A stretch of DNA of 64,000 nt from positions 30,628,001 to 30,692,000 of the forward strand of contig JAQFVV010000002.1 of NCBI GenBank assembly GCA_028023455.1. Reading direction: 5' to 3'. Below are positions 1-13,029 of the stretch, in pieces (position 1 is the first letter of the stretch; each line of letters begins with the position of its first letter). The stretch comes from Epiperipatus broadwayi (taxonomy: Eukaryota > Animalia > Onychophora). The notes beneath the pieces were generated by a model. That model was not told the origin of the DNA. It ran no database searches and saw only the letters and a list, made by a program, of their open reading frames with translations. The translations under genes and the position numbers were made by a program.

Positions 1-202
1 AATTGCAACCATTTCCATCAAACCAAATATCAAAGTATTAGTGTCTCAAAAACTATGTCAAACATCTCTTAATTTCATGTTGCTGTCTTGTCTTTTACTT
101 TTATAATAAAAAAATCATGAATTAAGGAAGTTTAAATTAATTAAATGTGTTAATCATATATTTGCATTTTTTTGCTCATCAGCTATTATTAGTGTTAGTA
201 TA

Positions 203-945
203 CAAGGTGTGACAATTTAATTCCCTGGAATGCATCTTTAAAAATTATATATAGGAACTGTATACTAGTGGTTACTTTTGCCCTCAAAGTTCTCCCATTG
301 TGCATCTATACGCTGACTCAAACAGCATTCTCATTTCTGGAAGTGGGCCTGGAACTGATTTTCCAAAATATAGTTAAGCAGTTGTCTCACATTCTGTTGG
401 ATATCAGTTATAGCAGAAAATCTTCATCGTTTAAGTGTAATTTTTAATTTTGGGAATAACCAAAAATTACAGTGAGCTAAGTCAGATGAATAGGCAGGCT
501 AGACTACTTGGGTAATTGCTTTTTTGGACAAAATATCTCTCACAATAAGTGCACTATGACTTGGTGCATTGTTGTGATGAATGATCCACTTGTGAGATCA
601 CAATTTGGGTCTTTTTCCTCAAACAGAAATTTGTAAATTTTGAAGTAATTTTAAATGGCATTGTTGATTGAATGTTTGTCCCTGTTCAATAAATTCTTGG
701 TGGACTATCCATCCGTTGTTATTGATTTTGGCAGTGTGCTTCTGGATTCACCCATCACACCATCTCACCCATTTTTGAACATTGTATGCCACTCAAATAC
801 ACTCAGCTTTTTCATGGCATCTTCAATGTATGCCACTTGCAATAGTTGTATCATTTCAGTAACACATTTCTTATTTTTCACACTAAATTTGATATTAATA
901 TGTTCTCAAAATTTTGTTCACCCATATTTATGCTAAAGTGCTCAC
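203..945 (-). mobile_element. Internally deleted, degenerate mariner (Tc1/mariner) transposon
   Basis: TA followed by TIR-like CAAGGTGTGACAATTTAATTCC at 203. Minus-strand translations EHINIKFSVKNKKCVTEMIQLLQVAYIEDAMKKLSVFEWHTMFKNG (mariner HTH region) and GIVHQEFIEQGQTFNQQ...WIIHHNNAPSHSAL (mariner catalytic region, HHDNAPAH-like), with stops and frameshifts. Confidence 0.75.
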
Positions 946-1563
946 ATGAATATTTATTATTTTCTCAATAGCTAACTAACTAATTCTATCAGCTTGAAAT
1001 TTATATACATGTTGATTTAAAGATGTTCAAACATGAAAACTAGTTTAATATAATTAGATAACAGATGATAACACACGGCCATTCTGGGAATTAGATTGTC
1101 ACATCTCATATTCTATATGTGGTCCAGGGAAGCTGAAAGGTTGGACATCCCTGATTCATTTATAAAATGCATAAAATGTAAAAAACAACAACAAATATAA
1201 TAAATACATATATAGTAAAAACAAAGAATTCGATTATATCAAGATCTACAAACAAAAAAATATATGATATAAATTTAATGAAAATGACATTAAAGTGAGA
1301 TGTTTTACTAAAAATAAAACAAATCAAAATAAAAGAGGATTTATTTATAAGAAAAATGAACTCCAAAATGAAATATATTTCTGGAATGAAATTTTTAATG
1401 GTTGATTACAAAATAAATATTGTATGTGTATATGTTTATAGATATGTATATAAGGTAAGTGAAGGACAGATATATATATAGTTAATAAAAAATAATAAAA
1501 TATAACTATGTACTAAATTTATATATTTTGAGGTACTAAATAAATTATAAAAATGGATATTAT

Positions 1564-2094
1564 TTTATATAATGCGATGTTTTTGAATTGTAATAAACTA
1601 ATAATCAGCTTTTTTAAGCTAATGCACCTGCGCTTTGTGAATCTTGATAATAAATGAATACTCTCATTTTTCAAATACAAGATAAAGTCTTTGTGAAAGA
1701 ATAGAATGAATCCACCTATTCTTTCAACCCAAATGTTTAAGTATGGGCAAATTATTACAATTCAAAAACATCGCGCTATATAAAATAAATATCTCATTTA
1801 CATATGTTTAATTTCATTTAAGAATGACATATCGTAAATTCTAGTAAATTTCGCAGGTATCTGAGTTATTCAGACATAGTAAAAGTAATTGTTTAATATT
1901 TGTTTAATATCTTCACGCTCTCATTTCCAGTACTGAAGATTTGCCCATACTTAAACATTTGGGTTGAAAGAATAGGTGGATTCATTCTATTCTTTCACAA
2001 AGACTTTATCTTGTATTGGAAAATGAGAGTATTCATTTATTGTTAAGATCCACAAAGTGCATGTGCATTAGCTTAAAAAAGCTGATTATTAGTT
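1564..2094. mobile_element. Family B structured non-coding repeat, tail-out fold-back insertion
   Basis: Arms ~1590-1752 and ~1940-2094 are inverted copies. Flanked by TAAAAATGGA(T/C)ATTAT at 1548-1563 and 2095-2110. Homologous to copies at 37005, 54740 and 60545. Confidence 0.75.
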
Positions 2095-2799
2095 TAAAAA
2101 TGGACATTATAAAATATAAAACAATATTTTGTTCTTGAATTTGTAGAATATTAATTATAAAAATAAACATTATAATCTAAGATGAATTACAATATTGTAA
2201 TCTAAAATATTAAAGAAAATTAGAGATTTTTAAATAATTTTTTTTTAAAAAAAAATTGTTATAAGAAGAAAATCAATAGGTATTTGACATAGTGTAATTA
2301 TTGTAATCTATATGTAATTTAAATTGATATTACATATCTTAAAACAATGAATGTGTTGATAATAAATTATAATTTATATAGATATATGTAGTGGATGTAT
2401 ATTATATATTTTTAAAATAATCTTTATTGATGAAGTATGTGGTTACAGTTTATGTTAGTTTAGGTGTACAATACCTATTATGTATATACATACTATACTT
2501 TAGTGTGTATTAATGGAGTATAATATTGCATATCTATATATATATATACACACACATATATATATATATTTGTTCTGTGCTGTTAAATTTAAACTGGGTT
2601 TAAGGGTCAGTAAATGTTTATCTGTATATATATTCACCTAAATATTAAACGTAAGTATATATTAGGGGTGATGGAAATCATCATTCTCAAAACACTAAAT
2701 AGTCATCAACAAATATAAAATGTGCAAAGATCAACATTTGAAATAAATAAAACAATATGTATTCAACAGTCATTCCTTATGATTGGAATTTAAAGAGAT

Positions 2800-3250
2800 A
2801 ATCTATAAAATCTAGGCTAATCATCTTTTAGCCAATGCCAAACTTAGGGCATATTATAAAAGTAATCGTCAATATTTCAACTCCACACACATATCCAAGT
2901 GTTAAAATATCTACAGTAATAAGCAAAAAATACTGGTATCATGATATTGCTGATCATCATCAATATTCTAGGCCATCTAGTACCTTGAATGTATTGATCA
3001 TCCATAAATTAGTAATCAGAATAAGATTGGTAAAGTGAAGTATGTGGACATTAAAGGTGATCTTTAGCTATTGCATCATGCAGATAATCCTATGGAAAAC
3101 ATCTGAATGTCCGCACAGATACTACCACATTTCTTAAATACTGTTATTGCAAAAATCATAAGGACTGTGATTGGGGATTAAATACGTATATATTGTGATA
3201 GCATTCTACTATCTTAATATCTGAGTTATTTTAAAATATTTCGTGGTTGG
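2800..3250 (-). mobile_element. Possible highly decayed Penelope-like RT fragment
   Basis: Minus strand gives IGLSA..AIAK and Y*FMDDQ, weakly resembling PLE RT motifs 4-5; many stops. Confidence 0.25.
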
Positions 3251-6200
3251 CAAAGCATAAGCTTCTAACCTTTTTCATATATGTTTGTTTGCATATATGC
3301 ATATACATTAAAAGGTTTGCACTTATTATAGTTGGTCAACATTATTTTAGTTTGTAAAGAAAAAAAACTTTGTAACTAAAATTATTATAAATCTGTTTAA
3401 AATTTATATTACAGAAACAGTACTTAATCTATAAAACTTTGATCAATTTTTAATTATTTCAATTTTTTATTAATTAAAAAAAACCTTATAAAATCAATTT
3501 TCTTTTATTAAGTCTTATTCCTGTTTTTAATATTTGAAGTTATCTGTTTTTAGTAAATTTAATTAAAAGAAAATTATTGGTTTAAGGGATTATGAAATTT
3601 CTACTAAATCTATTGATGGAATAATTACTGGCTTATCTAGGTTTAAAAAAAATGTAAACAGCTAATCACTGGCTTTGTTAATTACAAATTCCTGGTAAAT
3701 GAGCTAATTAATTAAAAAAATTAATGATATAAAAGGATCGGTTCAGAATTATATTTCATTCTGCTTTGAGTTAGCTTTTATTTGTTATCAAGCCTGCTAT
3801 ATGATATATCTAGAACTTTTTTCAGTAGTTGCGCCAAAATCTATGAACAACTAAAGTTCAACTTTACTTGTTGAGAAACCAACAAAGTAGTAGCCACCAT
3901 CAAATATGCTGTTCAATTAAATACACTTGTCAATATGAAGGAAAATTCCAGGACAAACTCTACAAGATTAACAAAATTGGTAAATGAAGACACAGAAACT
4001 ATTACCTACATTTGCATGTACATACGTTTATAAAATTCGGCTTTTCCAGAAAATAATAACCCCATTACCATCCTTTTTAGGACTTAAACTTTTATTTATG
4101 ACTATAAAAGACATTACCAATAAGCCAGTGATAGATAGATTAAAGGATGTAATTTTCTATTTGCACATTTATCTGTTTTATAAACTATTTTTATTATTAT
4201 TAAGATTTATATGTTTTAACCTTTTAGTGTTTTTGATATTGCATTGTAGTTAATCTAGTTCTTTATTAAAGTTTAATCTTTTTTCCCTACATAAGGTTTT
4301 ATTAGAAAGAAAATCACAACTGTGAATATTAATAGCAATCCGTGTTACTTTTAAAGAAGTTTCATATAAAAAAGAAGAGATAGATTTTTATTTTTTTATT
4401 TGTTATAGTTTATGTTTAATAATTAATAATACCCCTGGAGTTATTTTAAAATCATTACTATATGTGTGTTTGGTGATGTATGCATAACTATAAATTGTTT
4501 GTTAAGCTGTTTAAATATTTTGACAGTTTTACTCTGTTTGCACCACACATGTCTGAAATTAAAGGAATTGATATGTGCACATTATATAAAGTTATTCTTG
4601 CTATTTATCTACCATATGGATTTCTTATATATTTTGGTCCTCTGTGATTTATTATTGTAACTAGCACTTGAGATGTTTGTGATTGTGTATATTTTGCATT
4701 AGGTAAAGTATCTTTTCATGATTATTTATATTTTATTTTTTAATGGTTAGATTCATTGCATTGCATATAGCTTTAAATTTTGTAATAGTCTGCATATGTT
4801 AGCATGTATAGTGATGGAATGCAAGAGGATTAATAATTATTCTTATTTTTGTTTTTTCATTAATTTTTTCTTCATTTGTAGCTCCATATTTTCAGTTTAA
4901 CAATAAGTTAACATAAAATGAGAGAGTCAGGATTTTGAATGGATTAATACATAATGCTGATTGAAAGTTTCTCCCAGAGACATTTTTTTTTATATATTTC
5001 TATTGGTAAAATTGATTACATAGTCAGTTTGGTGATGCTTAGTTTTTAGCAAAAGCGTAGTACATGGCTTATGTAATCTCCATACTCTTATATTGCTTTT
5101 CAAAAATCATTTTTTGTAAGGGCATCAATTTAATCTTAGACTACCAGATTTAAAATCTCACTGTTCATCTCATACAGCTGTACAGCTAATGAATTCTGCC
5201 TATATTATCTTTTGCTTTTTGAAAAACAAACTTGATATCAGTCCTTCATCAAATCATATGACTACCTCAGAAATTACTACATCAACTCTTTACCAATTGA
5301 TTTTCTTTTTACAAAAATGATTCTTTTTTTCAAAAAATTTATATCTTAATTATTTGGTAACAATTCTTCAGAGATAAATCCCATGATGTTTTGTTTTGAT
5401 AATTATCTGAAAAACAAAATATTCAATTTGTACATTAACTTGGAAAACACACTTCATTTCTTCAAAAAGAAAGATTCTAATTCCTCTTAATTAATTAGTA
5501 AACAACTTTTCTCTAAAAGAAAAATATTCTTAATACCTGGTCTTTTTTTAATTAGCTGATAAACATCCTTTTAAAGATGTTAATCTCTTTTATTTTTTCT
5601 TTCAAAATAAATAAATAAATGAAACCACATACAGAAAAAATATTACCACCTCCTCTTTTTTTCTTCTTTAAAATCAAACCTAATAAAAATTACATATTTA
5701 TATTATCTTATCGAAATATTTAAATTTGTCACATGGTCATTTTCTGTCTGTAAATCTTATAATAATTGTAATTTAGCTAAATTTCTATTTAAAAACTAAA
5801 CTATCTGAAACTAATATGAGATAAAATAATTATTCTCAATTTGCATCTAAGTATGTTTATATATATTAAATATCTTTAGTGTTTTTAACTTTTTAATAAA
5901 TTATACACATGCATGATTTTAAAAATTAAATGCTGGATAATGCTATACTAATAATTATAAAAAAAATAAAAATTCATATAACATTACAGTACTAATCAAA
6001 ACAAAATTTTACCAAAATTCATTCACAACCATGATTTTATCTATTAACAAATAGATCTTTTCAAGTGAAATTCAACTAAATGTACCACATAGGTATACAA
6101 AATAAAACAGCTTTTCCATCATTCACTTCAAAACCAACTTCCTTTAACATCAAAGGATGTCTCAATGAGATTAATGGTCTTAGATTCAAAATATTTTATC

Positions 6201-6380
6201 AGAGTTTCTTTTACTTTTTTTTTTCAATTCACTTTTTTGGATAAAAGTAACCTCTGCATTGTCAAATAATATTTTATGACAGGCAAAAACTCTCCATATA
6301 GTAATGCCACGTTGTGCTAACCAGAGTAATCAATGGATGCCAGAAGGCTTGTGCATAAAATCCCTATCTAGTGCCTACTC

Positions 6381-6439
6381 ATCCAATATCCCCAGACTAG
6401 TTTCTGGTTTGTGGCCTTCATCAGTGAGGAGCCTTGGAT
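6381..6439 (-). ncRNA. Type I hammerhead ribozyme motif, family A, catalytic core intact
   Basis: Minus strand ATCCAA-GGC-TCCTCA CTGATGA A-GG-CCACAAA-CC-A GAAAC-TA-GTC TGGGGA-TA-TTGGAT: stem I with internal loop, short stem II, palindromic ACTAGT stem III, GUC cleavage triplet. Confidence 0.75.
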
Positions 6440-6822
6440 CTGAGAGCACTGCACCTAGATCTTAGGATCTAATGCAACCCTCCAGCAGCCACCTTTTATC
6501 TCTACTTCACTACAAAACCATGAGAATGAAATTGAAAACACAATAATATTCTCAATCTGAGCTCAATAGCTTATATAGTCATATGGGTCTGAACTCAATT
6601 CAGCCTAATAGGATAATGGTGGCTATGGAAGAGCCAAAGTCATCAAAATGTATGGGTGCTGAATTGAGTTCAGACCCATATGACTATATAAGCTATTGAG
6701 TTTAGATTGAGAATATTATTGTGTTTTCAATTTCATTTTTATGGTTTGGTAGTGAAGTAGAGATTAAAGGTGGCTGCTGGAGAGTTGCATTAGATCCTAA
6801 GATCTAAGTGCAGTGCTCTCAG

Positions 6823-6881
6823 ATCCAAGGCTCCTCACTGATGAAGGTCACAAGCCAGACACTAGTCTGGGGATATTGGAT
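6823..6881 (+). ncRNA. Type I hammerhead motif, family A, core mutated (GAAA to GACA)
   Basis: ATCCAAGGCTCCTCA CTGATGA AGGTCACAAGCCA GACAC TA GTC TGGGGATATTGGAT. Confidence 0.6.
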
Positions 6882-7632
6882 GAGTAGGTACTAGATAGGG
6901 ATTTTATGCACAAGCCTTCTGGCATCCAATGATTACTCTGGTTAGCACAAGGTGGCACTACTATATGGAGAGTTTTTGCCTGTTTACTAACAGTTATGTG
7001 CTAGCATGAGATGGTGATCATGTGAATATTTTATGACCTGTATTTCGTTAATGAATACACAAAGCTGAGCAATATCTATTTTATCTATTCTTATAAACCT
7101 TAACTCCTTCATTAAGACTGAATTTACTCTGATCTATATAAGTTTTATAAGATTCTTTGCATTTGTCATAAAATATATATATATATGTCAAAGTAAGTTA
7201 AGTCTTAATGAAAGAGTTAGTTTATAAGAGTAGAGCTAAAAATAGATATCATAATTCAGCTTTAAATATTCATGAACAGAATACAGGTCATAAAATATTA
7301 TTTGACAATGCAGAAATTATCTTTCATAAAAATGGGAATTGAAAAGAAGAGTAAAAAAAACTCTGACGATAACATTTTTTGAATCTGAGGCCATCAATCT
7401 CATGAAAACATCATTTGAAATTGAGGTGAATGATGGGAAGGCCATTTTGTGTTGTATATATATATGGTATGTTTAGTTGAATTTCACTTGAAAAGGTCTT
7501 TTTGTTAATAGCTAAAACCATGGTTATGATAGAATTTTGGTAAAATTCTGTCTGGGCTAGTATTGTAATGCTACATGAATTTCTATTTTATTTATATATA
7601 AATATAGTATATATATTAAAATTATGTATAAA

Positions 7633-7935
7633 TCATCATCATCATCATCATCATCATCAACCATTATCAATCCACTGCAGGATGAAGGTCTCTCCAAGTT
7701 TAATCCATCTTCTCCGATCTTTAGCTTCTCTTCTCCACAACACCCGTGCACACTTTCTTATTTCACCCATCCATCTCACATGTGGTCTCTTTCTGGGTCT
7801 TTTACAATCTCTTGGAATCCAGTTTAAAATTTCAATTGTCCATCTATTATCATCTCTTCTAGCAATATGTCCAGCCCAACTCCATTTCAATCTTTTAATT
7901 TTTTCAATAAGGTCAGTAATACCTGTTTGTTGTAA
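7633..7935 (-). mobile_element. RTE-clade LINE, 5'-truncated 3' end with (GAT)n tail
   Basis: KWSWAGHIARRDDNRWTIEILNWIPRDCKRPRKRPHVRW...LGETFILQW is a typical RTE ORF2 C-terminus; it is followed by the (ATC)n tract at ~7633-7658. Confidence 0.85.
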
Positions 7936-8044
7936 ATATAGGGGATTTGAACTCAGACTTTCAAATCTATATAATGTGTGATATAGGATTCTTGTATATT
8001 TGTCTAAAAAAAAAAATATAATGCAATAATTGTATTTTATACTT

Positions 8045-8078
8045 TTGAAGAAGACCGCTCGACAGTTGAAACTGCAAG
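8045..8078 (+). ncRNA. Degenerate Penelope-type minimal hammerhead remnant
   Basis: TTGAAGA A GACCG CTCGA CAGTT GAAACTGCA, a relative of the motif at 8855-8893. Confidence 0.4.
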
Positions 8079-8789
8079 ATAATTAAAATATTTTGAAGAG
8101 TGCAAAGAAAGTTATAATTATGTAGAGATTTATTAATAAATAAAATCCTGTACTGATAATGCTATGTTTAAAATTTAGTCAGTTTTAATTTTATTTTTAT
8201 ACGTGAGAAATAAAGAAGGAAGTTTTAATAAATAATATAATTGGAAAATGAAAGAGAAGATATTTTAAAAGTTATGTAATGAAAAGGAAGAATGTTTAAA
8301 ATTTTATAAGAAGGTGAAAAGGCCTTTTTTCTCTCTCTTGAAAAGAATAAATAAGAACCTCTTTTTATTTCTGAATAATTATTACATCTTTTATTATTTC
8401 TAATTTTAAGCCCCCTTTTAAAAAAATATATTAGGTAAAATATATAGAAAAAATTATGGCAATCAAAGATATAAAAACACAAGTGCATTGAAAGAATTGT
8501 TGAGGAAATGTTAAAGATGGAATGCTAAAGATTTTTTGGAAAAAGAGACTTAAAAAATCTCAAGATAAGATATAGAAGGAAATTAAAGACTTCCAGAACC
8601 TTGAAATAAAATTCAGAAAAATATGTACAGTCAAGTGCTTCAAAAAATGAATTACTGGGATAATATTTGTGATGGACATATCTTAAAAGCTGTTGTAGAG
8701 GAATGATTTAAGATACTTCTGTGAAAGAACAAAATTATTTCCGATAGTAAAGGGTTAATTGTTCATGAGTTCATATATATTAAAAGTTT

Positions 8790-9000
8790 TTTTTATCCAT
8801 TTCCTCTTATACACTTTTATACAATCTTTTTTTTATATAATTCCTTCTGTATTTTACTTACAGTTTCGACTGTCCTGCAGTCTTCATCAGATTTCTCTAT
8901 AATTTTCACTTCTTTCTCTACAACTGTAAGCAAAATAAAGAAGGAAGTATATAAAAAAAGATTGCATTAAAGTGTATAAGAAGAAATGATAATTTTTTTT
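8790..9000. repeat. Short fold-back whose spacer holds a Penelope-type minimal hammerhead (8855-8893, - strand)
   Basis: Arms ~8800-8865 and ~8922-8990. Minus strand reads CTGATGA A GACTG-CAGGA-CAGTC GAAAC T GTA; stem II is perfect, stem I is poor. Confidence 0.6.
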
Positions 9001-9286
9001 AAAGTATATATGAAAATATGAAGAGAAATGCAAAAAAAGTAAAGGAGAAGATAACTCATGAGTTCACATGACGTTCGAGTAGTAGAAATGCCAGAACTGG
9101 AATTGATCCGAGAGCCTTACTGTCCAGAATTATATTTTATCACTGCATTGAACCATATAGTATTACAAGGGGCTTTATTGCTTGGAAGTTCATAAGTTTG
9201 AGCACCGGAAGTTTTAGAACTAGAATCACTTCAAGAACTTTATGCTCCAAAATGTGATATTCTATCACTGCACTAAATCACATAAG

Positions 9287-9940
9287 AATTTAGTTTTTTA
9301 AAACTTCGTGTGTTGGCTTGCTATAGTAAATCAATATAGCGCTGAAAACGCAATAACCGCAAAGCTAAAAATGTGTAGGATTTTATTAAATCATATGCTG
9401 AGCGCTTTCAAGATACACAGCTCTCATATTCATAGCTCTTATTTTATAATGGCTGTTAGTTTAATTGTATGCAAATATATGCAACTTTTAAGCATTCCAT
9501 TTCTTGAATACGGAGTAACATAATTCCTTCCGGTTGATGGCGATGCAATCCATTGCGATTATAGCAGGCTTCTTTCACCTTGCGTTTTACATCATTTGCT
9601 TTCCTACAGCATCAAAAGAATGCGGGACATCCATGTAAACCACAGACTATCAGCTTGGTTTGCAGGGAAGCAAATGATGTAAAACACAAGGTGAAAGAAG
9701 CCTGCTATATCGTAATGGATTGCAGCGTCATCAAGTGGAAGGAATCATGTTACTCCATATCCAAGAAATGGAATGCTTAAAAGTTGCATATATTTGCGTA
9801 CAATTAAACTAACAGCCATTATAAAATAAGAGCTATGAATATGAGAGCTGTGTCTCTTGAAAGCGCACAGCATATGATTTAATGAAATACTACATATTTT
9901 TAGCTTTGCGATTATTGCGTTTTTAGCGCTACATTGATTT
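9287..9940. mobile_element. Family C non-coding fold-back insertion
   Basis: Inverted arms ~9324-9607 and ~9657-9944. Flanking direct repeat ACTAAATCACATAAG at 9272-9286 and 9941-9955. Confidence 0.8.
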
Positions 9941-10149
9941 ACTAAATCACATAAGGTTTTCTTGAAGAATAGAAAATGAATTGTAATAATGTAAGAGAAG
10001 AAGTATAAGATAGGAGCCAGAATATGAAAAAATATAAAAAGTTAGCTTTTATTAGAAATCATCTGGCCGATATATTGTTAAAAAAATCAAAGGGAAATGG
10101 AAAACTCTACAGGAGTTCAATTGGATTTTTTTTTATCCCTTGAAGTCTG

Positions 10150-10900
10150 GAAATCATATTAAAGAGTAATTTAATAACAAAATTTATTACATTTGATAGC
10201 TAAAGAAGTCAGGCAAGTCAAATATGTTCAAATTAAATTAAGCTATAAAAACAAATCTTGAAGTATATATCAAGGATTTGTATAATATAGGATATAAACG
10301 CAAGTACCTTGGCAATATGGTCAAAACATTTACTCAAAAATCAGAAATATACCTGAACAACTGGAATCGAAACCATGGATATCACTATCATATATATTCT
10401 GAGTATCTTAAAGCTTGAGTAAAATTTGCTCTGATACATATAGAATCAGCTTTCGGACTCCGCCGACTAACTCATTTGATAAATAACACCAAAGACATAC
10501 TATCCCTTGAGAAGGCCCCTCAAATTGTTTACAAGATAGAATGCAAGGCTGTTTATTTAGGTAAACCATATGCAAACACCACAACTAGGATTTCCCAGCA
10601 CAGATATTTTTATAACTGGTCAAAAACCAACACGGAATCCAAGTTTATATTTTTGTAACATGAGATCAACCATGGGCATGTCTTTGAACCACTAGGGCTA
10701 GTATTGTGTGTTCTGAGAGAAACCATAGAAAACGCAGTTAAGGAAGCATGGCACATAGCCAATAATGTGCAAGCTATTAATAAGAAAGAGGCTTGAATCC
10801 CTTTGTTAAAGAAATGAATTATGTAAATTAAATCATTATATTTTTGCAGAGAGTATTCAAATACCACTCTGGTATAACAGATGTTACTTGCTATAATATG
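10150..10900 (+). mobile_element. Penelope-like element remnant (GIY-YIG endonuclease region)
   Basis: KDILSLEKAPQIVYKIECKAVYLGKPYANTTTRISQHRY resembles the PLE motif VYKIPC...YIG.T.R.L..R..EH; frameshifted. Confidence 0.6.
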
Positions 10901-11175
10901 ATATTACTATGAATATATTATTAATGGGTAAAATATAATCTTTAATAGACATGGTGAACATGTTTACATAGAGTTATAATTTAAGAGTTAACTAATTTCT
11001 TGGGGGGGGGGGGCTGGGTGGTATTGTTTTGTGAGTCAACAAGATAAAACTATTTACTAAATAATTTAGTAAAAATAATTTAAGTGACCATTTTTTTTTC
11101 TTTTTACATTATTGACTGTCATTAATATCCATTAATTTTATTATGAGATAAGTAATATATATGTATAATTTTTAG

Positions 11176-11272
11176 GAAAAAGCCTATTTTAATAGTTCAT
11201 GGCGAGCAGCGGAAAAGTAAAGCGGATCTTATACAATCAGCTAAACGTTTTCCCAATGTCAAATTTTGTCAG
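11176..11272 (+). CDS. TDP1: Tyrosyl-DNA phosphodiesterase 1, internal coding exon (97 nt)
   Basis: tttttag|G AAA AAG...TGT CAG|gtagg encodes KKPILIVHGEQRKSKADLIQSAKRFPNVKFCQ, matching my recollection of vertebrate TDP1 [32 protein letters not shown]. Phase is compatible with the next exon. Confidence 0.9.
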
Positions 11273-11689
11273 GTAGGATGAACCCTTTCAGATATTTTTT
11301 TTTGTAAATTAATAAATATTGTAATTATTTGTGACTATTTCATTTAGTTTGTTTCTGTACGCACTATTTTTCAGAACAGTTCTATTATTAAATATTGTGC
11401 AGTGTTTATTTTCTGATTTAAAATATATATCCCAAAAATTATTGCTGTAATGTGGATTCTAGCTTTGTTAATTGTAAAAACTAGATGCAGGGAAATCAGA
11501 GCATTATCTTCTAATGTAAAAAGCTTTTTCATACTGAAGTTCCTCTTCTTTTTTAATGTCAGCATACTGATATTTATGTGAACCACTGTGATTATCCTAT
11601 GTCCTTTATTCTTGCAATTAAGAATAGCTATATTCCTAGTTACTGATCATATTAGATGGTTTCTTGCATTGCTATGTATCTGCTAACAA

Positions 11690-12600
11690 AAAAATATATC
11701 AGACCTCAGCAAAATACGATGACTTGGAATTAAATAAATTCAAATACCCAATATAATGAAAATTTACTTATTGATAGAATAAACAGACTAACTATATAAC
11801 ATCACTATGCAATATACAATATAACTTAAAATTCTAACTGACAAAATAAAATCATATTACCCTCTCTATGAGCCTTCTTGGGCGTGTATAAAATAATAAT
11901 AAAATCAGGGCGATCTGTATGGAATTCTAACCAGTTCACTAATCTTCAGTTAACTGGTGGCTGGGATTGGAAACTCCTCGATGAGTCCGGCTAACACTCA
12001 TGGCAATCTTGTTCTACTACCACTCGACGACCGACACCGCTACGAAGATGCAGAACTCTCTTAGCAGCAAATTCTCCGTATTTATATGTCATCGCATATT
12101 TTCTTATCTTTGCACTAATTAAATATTGACTTACAGATTTAATTAATGTATTTTAATTTAGTCACAATCAAAATCTTTTCATGTTTTAATTTACATTTTT
12201 TTTTTACCATTATTATTTCGTTAATTAACCAACAGGACTTTAACATTTCAAAATTCCGTAATTAATTATTTCTTCTTAACAAACGACTATACTTTTGTTT
12301 TTATTTCTTTAAACAATCTTTTCTTTATAATTAATTATTTCTTATCTTTTCTTCTGGAGTGCTTTACTTTTTCTCTTTATATAAATATAATACTATGCTT
12401 GCTTGGAAAATTCTCAGCTCCGTGGAAAAAAGTCTCCATGCTTCAACAGAATTTGTGTTCTGGGTTATCGTTGGGTCATACTAATGTATTAATAACCGTA
12501 ATACAAACTCTTCTTGTTATTAATGACAACAAATAAATCCCAAATTAAGCTATTATGTCTGGGTAAGCACTTAATGGCAATCAACCTCTTTTGTTATTTA
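11690..12600. mobile_element. Possible solo-LTR or LTR-like remnant
   Basis: Non-coding GC-enriched block (11900-12070) within A/T-rich tracts, resembling the make-up of the LTRs at 42968 and 46759. Termini and TSD were not resolved. Confidence 0.25.
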
Positions 12601-13029
12601 TATTAATGATCCTTAATAATCATTTATTAGAATAGAGATTATTATATTAATTTTTAGTCAGATATGGACTAAATGTCATTAAAGATGAAATATATCTCTA
12701 CTTAATAAATGCAACTGCATAGCATTATTAATTCACCTCCGTCCTCCGTTCTTTTCACATGAATTGAATGCTATTGCAGCCAGAAAGGCATTTTGGGGTT
12801 TTTTGGTTTTATCATATATATAAAATATTACACATATGTAGAAAAAAATGTGTGGTGTTAAATTAATAATATTAAGCTATTGTAATTAGTAAGCAGTGAC
12901 ATATGATCGTTAATGAACTGGAATTTATATACATACATATAGAATCCAAGCATGGCCATTGCAACACGAAGAAAAAAAAGGAAAGAAAGAGGGAGAATAA
13001 GAAAAAAAAGTGATCTAGAAGCGAGTTTT

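Larger units (their letters stand above)
6281..7024. mobile_element. Family A hammerhead (retrozyme-like) repeat, tail-out fold-back insertion
   Basis: Near-identical inverted arms of >300 bp. 13-bp TSD AATATTTTATGAC at 6268-6280 and 7025-7037. Confidence 0.85.
6001..7550. repeat. Family I large fold-back element, interrupted by a family A insertion
   Basis: 6001-6280 plus 7025-7130 is the inverted complement of ~7190-7550. The right arm retains the empty target site (revcomp AATATTTTATGACCTGT). Confidence 0.7.

Noticed and set aside
1933-1996. Family B read as a hammerhead (CTGAAGA...GAAA)
   Set aside because: Other copies have CTTAAGA or CTTCAGA, the GAAA covaries as part of a hairpin stem (GTAG at 60896), and stem I does not pair.
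7360-7415. CTGACGA...GAAA in family I
   Set aside because: The other arm has CTGATAA...GAGA, and there is no stem I or stem III pairing.
1-11175. Preceding TDP1 exon (FNYxxDxxWLxxQYP-like)
   Set aside because: No matching translation with splice sites was found by eye; it is probably upstream of the window.
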